Below, piece after piece: positions 21,930-29,254 of a stretch of DNA of 32,000 nt. The stretch is from Sedimentisphaera cyanobacteriorum. GTDB lineage: Bacteria; Planctomycetota; Phycisphaerae; Sedimentisphaerales; Sedimentisphaeraceae. The stretch covers positions 960,001 to 992,000 of the forward strand of contig NZ_CP019633.1 in NCBI RefSeq assembly GCF_001997385.1, given 5' to 3'. The position numbers and the translations under genes are program-made. Below the pieces are notes generated by a model. The model ran no database searches, was not told where the DNA came from, and saw nothing but the letters and a program-made list of their open reading frames with translations. Each line of letters begins with the position of its first letter. Within the stretch, counting starts at the first letter, position 1.

Positions 21930-24839
21930 ATGATAAAAAAATATTCGGCAATTTACTTTTCAATAATTATTTGCGTACTCAGCCTATTGTCTTTGTCATA
22001 CTCTGCTGAATTGACATCCGGAAATGCAGCACTTGAGATAACTAAAGAAAATGGGATCTCGCTTAAAATAAACGGTGAAACCAGATTCCAGCGCAGCCGC
22101 CCTGCTGAGGCAGAATGGATAGATGGCCGAGGAGATTCCACTTGGACAAAAAACAAATATTACGAAATTCAAAGCGATTCAGATAGTAAAGTAAGATGTA
22201 AAGGAATTGCAGACAGCCCTAATGGATCAAGACTAATTTTTACCGATATTTTTGAAAGCAGAAATAAAGACAACTGCTTTTATTTGGAACGAAATGTCGA
22301 TGTATTAGCAATCAAAGGGGATGATAAAGGATTTTCCACAAGATTTGGATTAAAAACTGCACTTCAACATTCAATCTTAGATTTCAACTATCTTTCTCCC
22401 GGAATATTGTACAAGCAGAACAAACAAGCTCCTGATGGAGCTATAGCCTCATATCCAAAGCTGCAAACCGACGATGATTTCTTCTTTTTTACTACTCACT
22501 GCCCCCTCGGACCTTTTATAATGATGCAGCACATTGGAGACGAATACCGCCTGACATTAGCTCAGGAAGACGCTGAGCCTTCCTCAAGCTTTTCAGGGGA
22601 CGACTTTCGCCCAAGGATAATCGATGAGAAATTGCAGTACGGGGCATTGGGAATAAGAAAAGAACCAAAACCGCTGATAGGTTTTGTTTTCCCCGGAACA
22701 GAGCAAGACCGAACTTATGTTGGAGGCGGCGGAAAAAGGACACTAAGAAGCCATCCGTTAAAACAGGGAATTACACACAATTATAATTTAATCTTAAAGG
22801 CTGGAAGCTCGCCTGATTTTAATAGAGCAGCAGAAAATACAATTGATTACTTCTGGGAAGTCTATAACCCCTCAAATAATATCCTGTCTGTTGATATGAA
22901 AAAGGCATACGAAGCAAATATTAGCCTTATCTATGATTTATGCGAGCCGAGAGGACCGGAAAATATCAGAGGCATACCTTGGGGCGATATAGATATAATT
23001 TCAGGCGAACTCAAAAATCCAAGCTACCAGATGGGCTGGATAGGAGCTCAAATAGAAGGTGCTTATCATTTAATCAGATACGGACATGAGCACAGCAGCG
23101 AAACCCATAAAACTTATGGCGTAGATATGATTGATTTCTGGGCCAACCGAAGCTGGCCTGATTACAATGAACTGCCTTACAAATGGTATGCAGGCGGCTG
23201 GGGCAGCCACTGGAGCCAAGAAGGTGATTTAAGGCATTACGGCGACGGTTTTTTTGTGATAATGAAAAGCTATTCGTTTGAAAAGAATCGAGGTGCTGAA
23301 CATTCTAACTGGATTGAATACTGCAAAGATTTTGGAGACTGGCTTCACGAGAATCAAAACTCTGACGGTAGCTGGTACAACAAATATGATGTTGTGGACG
23401 GGTCAAATAAAACAGCAAATAAATCTCGGAGCTGCTTTGTAATACCATTTTTAATCAGGCTCTATAACGAAACTCGAAATCAGGTTTATCTTGACACTGC
23501 CTTAAGAGCAGGAAATTTTGCATTCAATAACAGTCATTTACATTGTTCTTACACAGGCGGTGCTATTGACAACGGAAACGTAACAGATAAAGAGAGTGTG
23601 CTGATTACTATGCGGGCATTTACATCTCTTTATAATGTTACTGATAATTCAAAATGGTTAGAAGCGGCGGAACAAGCAGCAAAATTCGGCATAACATGGA
23701 CATATACATGGAACATTGAAATACCTGAAAATAACTATTCTAAACTTAACCTTTTCTATGAGATGGAATATTACACCAGCGGACAGGGGCTTGTCGCATT
23801 AGGACATTCATACTGCGATTTTTATGCCGCAGAGCATGCAGGGGATTATTACCAACTATACAAGCTTACGAACGATGAAAAATACAAAATCCAATCCGAA
23901 CTGCTTATAAACAACAGTATGCAGTTAGTGGATTATGAGTCTTCTATCGCTTTCAACAAGACATTTCATGAGGGAGCAGCCCCGGAAGGACTTGCCGGAA
24001 CTGCAATGGGTGGATACCGCGGCAATACAAACAATGCCTGGCTGGGATTCTGCACAATGGGAAGACTTACCGGTATTACGGATTTACAGGATTTATCCGA
24101 AGACCCTAACAGTTTAAGTTCTATAATTCAGTGGAAATTTGACGATGATGCGAAGGATTCAAGCGGAAACAGCAATCACGGCGTCCTCCATCCAGCAGAA
24201 GCCGGCAGCATTAGTTTTGTTCAGGAAGGCAATGACGGCTGCGTTGAGTTCGATAATCCGAAAGACAGGATAGTATCTCCTCTAATTAACCTCGGAACAG
24301 TATTTACAGTGGCAGGGTGGATAAAAATTGATGCAAATTTCACAGGCAGCTGGAACCGCTTTCTTGTAACTAATAATATAAATTCAGGATTTGGACTCTT
24401 TCAGGACCTCTCATCAATGAAATGGAAGTTTACAGTCAATGGCGACTGGAGCCTGCCTCTGGCCGGAACTATGCAGCCGGGAGAATGGCAGTATGTGGCC
24501 GGAACTTTTGACGGACAGAACGCAAAACTGTACCTGAACGGCGAATTAGTTTCCGGTCCTGCTCTGCTGACTCCGCCTTCAGAAACTGATCATAAGATAG
24601 TTTTGGGCAAAGATAGTAATGATTGGGAAACAAGTTTTACAGGGAGATTCGATGAATGCGTGATATACAAGAGAGCTCTCAATCAACAGGAAATACGAAA
24701 CATATATAATCATCAGAAAAATCCATGCGTTTTCCCGCCTGAATACGATTTAGATGGTGATTGCTTTGTTGGCACTTCCGATTTTTTTATCATGGCCAGC
24801 GAATGGCTTGAATGCGGCAGAATGGGAACATGTAATTAA
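21930..24839 (+). CDS. Secreted multidomain protein: ~730-aa uncharacterised N-terminal region (helical-barrel-like, candidate glycan-active enzyme) + LamG + Cys-rich C-terminal tag
   Basis: The ORF track starts at 21885, inside the IS right end. I prefer the ATG at 21930 (MIKKYSAIYFSIIICVLSLLSLSYSAE), which is a signal peptide. The central region has motifs reminiscent of (alpha/alpha)-toroid enzymes: WLHENQNSDGSWYNKYD and several W/Y-rich helices. The C-terminal LamG (24123-24710) is paralogous to 18826-19416. The tag is DLDGDCFVGTSDFFIMASEWLECGRMGTCN. Confidence 0.7.
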   Translation: MIKKYSAIYFSIIICVLSLLSLSYSAELTSGNAALEITKENGISLKINGETRFQRSRPAEAEWIDGRGDSTWTKNKYYEIQSDSDSKVRCKGIADSPNGSRLIFTDIFESRNKDNCFYLERNVDVLAIKGDDKGFSTRFGLKTALQHSILDFNYLSPGILYKQNKQAPDGAIASYPKLQTDDDFFFFTTHCPLGPFIMMQHIGDEYRLTLAQEDAEPSSSFSGDDFRPRIIDEKLQYGALGIRKEPKPLIGFVFPGTEQDRTYVGGGGKRTLRSHPLKQGITHNYNLILKAGSSPDFNRAAENTIDYFWEVYNPSNNILSVDMKKAYEANISLIYDLCEPRGPENIRGIPWGDIDIISGELKNPSYQMGWIGAQIEGAYHLIRYGHEHSSETHKTYGVDMIDFWANRSWPDYNELPYKWYAGGWGSHWSQEGDLRHYGDGFFVIMKSYSFEKNRGAEHSNWIEYCKDFGDWLHENQNSDGSWYNKYDVVDGSNKTANKSRSCFVIPFLIRLYNETRNQVYLDTALRAGNFAFNNSHLHCSYTGGAIDNGNVTDKESVLITMRAFTSLYNVTDNSKWLEAAEQAAKFGITWTYTWNIEIPENNYSKLNLFYEMEYYTSGQGLVALGHSYCDFYAAEHAGDYYQLYKLTNDEKYKIQSELLINNSMQLVDYESSIAFNKTFHEGAAPEGLAGTAMGGYRGNTNNAWLGFCTMGRLTGITDLQDLSEDPNSLSSIIQWKFDDDAKDSSGNSNHGVLHPAEAGSISFVQEGNDGCVEFDNPKDRIVSPLINLGTVFTVAGWIKIDANFTGSWNRFLVTNNINSGFGLFQDLSSMKWKFTVNGDWSLPLAGTMQPGEWQYVAGTFDGQNAKLYLNGELVSGPALLTPPSETDHKIVLGKDSNDWETSFTGRFDECVIYKRALNQQEIRNIYNHQKNPCVFPPEYDLDGDCFVGTSDFFIMASEWLECGRMGTCN

Positions 24840-24860
24840 CAATTAAAAGAAGGGATTAGT

Positions 24861-25934
24861 ATGAGATCCAAAAATATTATTTTCTCACTGATTATAACAA
24901 GTCTGTTTGCAGCAGGCTGCACTGCGGAAAAGGCAGACTCTAAGCAAACTTTCACCAACCCCCTGCTGGAATCGGGGCCGGACCCTTGGGCATTTTTCAA
25001 AGACGGATACTATTACTACATAAAATCTCAAAATAAATCGCTTCTCCTTATGAAAACAGCGGATATAACCGAGCTTTCCAGCGCTGAGAGGAAGGTAATC
25101 TGGGATGCACCGGAAGACACGCCGCATTCAAAGAACCTCTGGGCTCCGGAGCTGCATTTTATAAGGGGAGCGTGGTATGTTTACTACGCCGCAGACGACG
25201 GAAACCACCATAACCACAGGATGTTTGTGCTGGAAAACAAGAATCCAGACCCTTTCAAGGGCAAATTTAAGCTCAAGGCAAGGATTAAGACATTGCCCGG
25301 GGACAACTGGGCTATCGACGGCTCAATCTTTGAGCACAAAGGCGAGCTTTACTTTATCTGGTCTGGCTGGAAAGAGGACAAAGCACACGTTGAAACCCAG
25401 CGCATATACATAGCAGAAATGTCGAACCCTTGGACAGTGAGCTCTAATCGAGTTCAGCTCAGCGAGCCCGAATACGAGTGGGAGAGAAACTGGGATTATG
25501 ATAAGGGCTGGAGCCCTGATGCCCCGATATACGTAAATGAGGGGCCTCAATTTATCAGCTGCGGCAAAAAAATGCACATAGTTTACTCTTGCAGCGGCTG
25601 CTGGACTCCAAATTATGCCTTAGGTATGCTCTCAGCAGATATCACGAGCGATCCAATGAATCCTAAGAGCTGGGAAAAGTCGAAAGAACCGGTATTCCAG
25701 CAGAGCCCCGAAAGCAAAGTTTACGCCACAGGTCATAACGGCTTTATCAAAAGTCCGGACGGGACGGAAGACTGGATAATCTACCACGCAAACGACAATC
25801 CTGATGACGGCTGCGGGAATACCAGATCTCCAAGACTTCAGAGAATCGAATGGACTGAAGATGACATGCCCGTTTTCGGAACTGCTCTTCCTAAATCTGC
25901 AAAGATCGAAAAACCCTCCGGCACTCCTGAATAA
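24861..25934 (+). CDS. Glycoside hydrolase family 43 lipoprotein (five-bladed beta-propeller; arabinofuranosidase/xylosidase-type family)
   Basis: 357 aa. The signal peptide plus lipobox is LFAAGC. GH43 catalytic-residue contexts are present: FTNPLLESGPDPWAFFKDGYYYY (base Asp), NLWAPELHFIRGAWYVYYAADDG, WAIDGSIFEHKGELYFIWSGW (pKa-modulating Asp) and IYVNEGPQF (acid Glu). Also present are VYATGHNGFIKSPDGTEDWIIYHAN and SPRLQRIEW. Confidence 0.85.
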   Translation: MRSKNIIFSLIITSLFAAGCTAEKADSKQTFTNPLLESGPDPWAFFKDGYYYYIKSQNKSLLLMKTADITELSSAERKVIWDAPEDTPHSKNLWAPELHFIRGAWYVYYAADDGNHHNHRMFVLENKNPDPFKGKFKLKARIKTLPGDNWAIDGSIFEHKGELYFIWSGWKEDKAHVETQRIYIAEMSNPWTVSSNRVQLSEPEYEWERNWDYDKGWSPDAPIYVNEGPQFISCGKKMHIVYSCSGCWTPNYALGMLSADITSDPMNPKSWEKSKEPVFQQSPESKVYATGHNGFIKSPDGTEDWIIYHANDNPDDGCGNTRSPRLQRIEWTEDDMPVFGTALPKSAKIEKPSGTPE

Positions 25935-26014
25935 CCCGAAAACAAAGTTTCAATCGCCCTTTTTTGTTAGTGAAGCCTATAATCGAACAGCTTTTACTCT
26001 CAAGATAATCCTAA

Positions 26015-26032
26015 CCCCGATTTCTCACTTAG
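26015..26032. repeat. IS1634-family left terminal inverted repeat
   Basis: Perfect reverse complement of 27981-27998. Confidence 0.8.
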
Positions 26033-26161
26033 CGTTCAAAATCGTGAAAAATCAAAATTTTTTCTTTGATTCTGCGTTGTAATCGGCGTTTTAAAGTCTC
26101 TTTAGTCTCTGGTACAGACCTGCCCTATTGCAAGTGATTTTTCATCAGCAATAATATTGTT

Positions 26162-27922
26162 ATGTACTTGAAGAAGCACAAGCGAAAGAAGAATGGTAAG
26201 ATCAATTCCTATTACAGCATAGCGGAGAAGCGTAAGGTTTCTCGCGGGCGTTATGTTGAGAAGATGGTGCTGTATCTTGGTGAAATCTCTGATTCTCAGA
26301 AGAAGTCTTGGCAGAGATCCATTGAGATAATCAACGAGGACAACAAGCCTGTCCGCAAGTCATTATTCGCTTTTGATCAGGACAATCACACTCATCACGA
26401 CATAGATACGATTCCGGTAAAGCTCTCAAAGATGAAGCTTAACAACCCCAGAACATTCGGGGACTGCTGGCTCGGCTGCGAGATATGGGATATGCTGGGA
26501 TTAGACACCTTCTGGTCGGAGAGGATAGACACTGCCAAATCGCCGGTTGACTATTCCAAAGTTGTAAAATTGCTGACAGTAAACCGTCTTATCAAGCCCG
26601 GAGCGGAGTTTTATGTCCACCGGCACTGGTTCACTCAGACCGCAATGGATGTATTGCTGGGCTGTGAATTTGATGTTGCCGAAAAAAACCGGCTTTACCG
26701 TTGTCTGGACAGGATATTGCCGTATAAAGAAGAGCTTTGTTCTTATTTGAAAGACACATGGCAGATGATGTTCAATCTGGAATATGACATTCTGCTTTAC
26801 GATATAACCAGTACTTATTTTGAGGGATTATGCAAAAGCAATCCCAAGGCAAAATTCGGCCACAGCAAAGACCGCAGAGGCGATTGCAGGCAGATTCTTA
26901 TCGCTTTGGTAGTTACCCCTGAGGGATTTCCGATCAATTATGAGATACTCGCCGGCAACACCTCAGAGAGAACAACGCTTAAACCCTTGTTAAACAAGAT
27001 AGAGTCGAAATACGGCAAGGCAGGCAGGTTATGGCTGATGGACAGAGGTATTCCAACAGAAGCTGTGCTGGAGTATATGCGTGATAACGGGATTGATTAT
27101 CTTGTCGGAACGCCCCGTAAGCTGCTGGATGAATTCCAAGAAGAGCTTTCTGTGAAAAGCTGGTTTGATGTAAATGGAAGCGTTCGCATAAAGCATATAG
27201 CCAAAGATGACGAATGCTATATTCTTGCTCGAAGCAAAGAGAGAATGGCTAAAGAACGGGCTATGCGTAAAAGAAAGCTCCGTAATTACTTAGAAGGACT
27301 GGAGAAGTTAAAGAAATGCCGCAGCCGAGATGTTTTTATGCAAAGGCTCGGCAAACTCAAACATCAGGCGGGCAGCTGCCGTAAGTGTGTAACTCTTACG
27401 ATTCCCCGAAATAAGGAAAGGATTGAGAAGGGCGAGTTTGATTATAAGTTTGAAGCGAGCAAATATAAAGAAATGATATACCGCGACGGCACATACTTTT
27501 TGCGTACAAACCAGTCTGGCAAGGATGGTGCAGCCCTGTGGAAGGAATATATGCTTCAGTGCAACGTTGAGCAGGCATTCAGGGAGCTCAAGAGCGATCT
27601 GGGAATTCGTCCTGTCTATCACCATAAGCAAGACAGGGTTGAGGCTCACGTGTTTGTAGCGTTTATGAGCTATTGTTTGCAAGTAACACTGAGGCATAAG
27701 CTCAGGGCAAGCGCCTGCGGGATGACTGCTCAGGCGGCATTAGCAGCAATGTCTCGGATCCAGATGCTGGATGTTTCATTTGAAACGCAAGACAGCAGAA
27801 CTCTGCTTATGCAGAGATATACCGAACCGGAAGACGAACACAAGCTGCTGCTGCAGAAATTGAAGATAGAACTGCCGCCGCAAAAAACTCCGAAAATATA
27901 CAGCGGGAAACTGAAAAAATAA
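26162..27922 (+). CDS. IS1634-family DDE transposase
   Basis: 586 aa. The N-terminus MYLKKHKRKKNGKINSYYSIAEKRKVSRGRYVEKMVLYLGEI is characteristic of IS1634-type transposases. The candidate DDE residues lie in LLYDITSTYFEG, LWLMDRGIPTE and NVEQAFRELKSDLGIRPVYHH. Confidence 0.85.
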   Translation: MYLKKHKRKKNGKINSYYSIAEKRKVSRGRYVEKMVLYLGEISDSQKKSWQRSIEIINEDNKPVRKSLFAFDQDNHTHHDIDTIPVKLSKMKLNNPRTFGDCWLGCEIWDMLGLDTFWSERIDTAKSPVDYSKVVKLLTVNRLIKPGAEFYVHRHWFTQTAMDVLLGCEFDVAEKNRLYRCLDRILPYKEELCSYLKDTWQMMFNLEYDILLYDITSTYFEGLCKSNPKAKFGHSKDRRGDCRQILIALVVTPEGFPINYEILAGNTSERTTLKPLLNKIESKYGKAGRLWLMDRGIPTEAVLEYMRDNGIDYLVGTPRKLLDEFQEELSVKSWFDVNGSVRIKHIAKDDECYILARSKERMAKERAMRKRKLRNYLEGLEKLKKCRSRDVFMQRLGKLKHQAGSCRKCVTLTIPRNKERIEKGEFDYKFEASKYKEMIYRDGTYFLRTNQSGKDGAALWKEYMLQCNVEQAFRELKSDLGIRPVYHHKQDRVEAHVFVAFMSYCLQVTLRHKLRASACGMTAQAALAAMSRIQMLDVSFETQDSRTLLMQRYTEPEDEHKLLLQKLKIELPPQKTPKIYSGKLKK

Positions 27923-27954
27923 CACATCTTTGGCGACAGACCAACCCCTCTGAC

Positions 27955-27981
27955 GGGGGTAAAAACGCACTTTTTACCCCC
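27955..27981 (+). other. Perfect 11-bp stem-loop inside the IS1634-family right end
   Basis: GGGGGTAAAAA (27955-27965), loop CGCAC, then TTTTTACCCCC (27971-27981). The 3' arm abuts or overlaps the first base of IRR. It lies 33 nt after the transposase stop. Function unknown. Confidence 0.5.
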
Positions 27982-27998
27982 TAAGTGAGAAATCGGGG
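27981..27998. repeat. IS1634-family right terminal inverted repeat
   Basis: Perfect reverse complement of 26015-26032. Confidence 0.8.
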
Positions 27999-28102
27999 CT
28001 AATATTAACTGCCTTGGGTGTTAGCCCTTGAATTAAAGCGGAAAACTAATAAAATTTCCTATCGAAGGCAGATTTGTATTTAATACCGAACGGATTAGCT
28101 TA

Positions 28103-28744
28103 GTGAATAACAGTTCATTCGAAAATAAACAGTCAGCGCAGCTCGAGGAAGACTGCGGGATAGAGAAAATCGAAGACACCCAAAATGAGACGGAAAATTC
28201 CGTCAGCGAGGGTGAAAACGGTTTTATCGAAACTACGCTGGAATCTGTAGTTGAGGCTGCTCTGTTCGCCTGTGATGAACCTATAACAGGTGCTAAGTTA
28301 GCTAATATTGCAGAGGTTAATTCGGCCAAGGAGATAGACGAAGCCATTAAAAAGCTCAACAGCTCATATCAGGAGCGTAATTCCGCCTTCAAAATTGAGA
28401 AAATTGCCGGCGGGTATCAAATGCTTACTCACAGCGTTTATAATGCATGGCTCAAGAAGCTGATCAGCGAGAAAAAGGAAAGCAAGCTATCTCAGGCCGC
28501 CCTTGAAACGCTCTCTGTGATAGCCTATAAACAGCCTGTTATCAGGGCGGATATTGAGTCTATAAGGGGCGTGTCTTCAGGCGAAATTATCAGAGGCCTG
28601 ATGAACAAAGGGCTTGTGAAAATGGCCGGCAGAGCAGAGATTCTGGGCAGGCCTGTTCTCTACGGTACTACAAAAAAATTCCTCGAACTGTTCGGATTGG
28701 ATTCTATTAAAGATCTTCCTGATGTAGGCGAATTTAAGAAATAA
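28103..28744 (+). CDS. scpB: Segregation and condensation protein B (ScpB, SMC-kleisin partner)
   Basis: 213 aa from a GTG start. Motifs are VVEAALFACDEPITGAKLANI, FKIEKIAGGYQMLT, LSQAALETLSVIAYKQPVIRADIESIRGVSSGEIIRGLMNKGLVKMAGRAEILGRPVLYGTTKKFLELFGLDSIKDLP. The acidic N-terminal extension makes the exact start uncertain. Confidence 0.85.
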   Translation: MNNSSFENKQSAQLEEDCGIEKIEDTQNETENSVSEGENGFIETTLESVVEAALFACDEPITGAKLANIAEVNSAKEIDEAIKKLNSSYQERNSAFKIEKIAGGYQMLTHSVYNAWLKKLISEKKESKLSQAALETLSVIAYKQPVIRADIESIRGVSSGEIIRGLMNKGLVKMAGRAEILGRPVLYGTTKKFLELFGLDSIKDLPDVGEFKK

Positions 28745-28758
28745 GGCGATTCAGAGAT

Positions 28759-29253
28759 ATGGCATTCCAACAAAAACGAAAATATTTTTCAATACGTTCA
28801 AATATCGTAAACCGCATCAAAACCTCTTCCTCAGGTTTGAAGTTCCAAATTACCGCTCTTACAGATATCGTATTCCTTCTGCTTGTATTCTTCGTAGCCA
28901 CAACACGTTTCCGTCCTACTGAGGGCGAACTTCCTATGGGTCTGCCCACCACTAACCTTGCCGGCGCTGCAAGTACTGTGCTTATCGATCCGCTAATCGT
29001 AGAGCTTGATACCGAGCAGGAAGGAATGATAATCCGCTACGGGGAGAATGAAGTGGTAACAGAAACCGCTTCCCCGGAGGCTATGGATCAAATAGCAGCA
29101 AACTTCTTTGATTATTATACAAACCAAAACAGAAGCGTTGAGGATCCCCTGGAGCTTTCCTGCTCTGAAGACCTCAAATGGGATCATCTGGCAAAGTTTT
29201 ACAATATTATGTATGGACTCGGAATTGAGAATATAACCTTCTTGATGGATTAA
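28759..29253 (+). CDS. ExbD/TolR-family biopolymer transport protein-like
   Basis: 164 aa. It has a single N-terminal TM helix with the ExbD-type motif LKFQITALTDIVFLLLVFFVATT, followed by a periplasmic domain. No exbB/tolQ partner is present in the window. Confidence 0.6.
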   Translation: MAFQQKRKYFSIRSNIVNRIKTSSSGLKFQITALTDIVFLLLVFFVATTRFRPTEGELPMGLPTTNLAGAASTVLIDPLIVELDTEQEGMIIRYGENEVVTETASPEAMDQIAANFFDYYTNQNRSVEDPLELSCSEDLKWDHLAKFYNIMYGLGIENITFLMD

Positions 29254-29254
29254 A

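Larger units (their letters stand above)
26015..27998 (+). mobile_element. Intact IS1634-family (IS4-related) insertion sequence, about 1.98 kb
   Basis: Perfect 18-bp terminal inverted repeats: CCCCGATTTCTCACTTAG (26015-26032) and CTAAGTGAGAAATCGGGG (27981-27998). CTAA sits immediately outside both ends (26011-26014 and 27999-28002) and is a candidate 4-bp target duplication. A single 586-aa transposase gene lies inside. Confidence 0.8.

Noticed and set aside
25935-25975. Possible terminator after GH43 (AACAAA ... TTTGTT with a T-run)
   Set aside because: The stem is only 6 bp, all A/T apart from one C-G pair, and the loop is long. This is too weak to call.
25804-26082. 92-aa plus-strand ORF bridging the GH43 3' end and the IS1634 left end
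   Set aside because: It is out of frame within GH43 and runs across the IS terminal repeat. It has no motif and is spurious.
20661-27998. Possibility that the two IS elements form a composite transposon carrying the LamG-enzyme and GH43 genes
   Set aside because: The elements belong to different families (IS3 versus IS1634) with unrelated terminal repeats. Each has its own local target duplication (CGAG and CTAA). This indicates two independent simple insertions.
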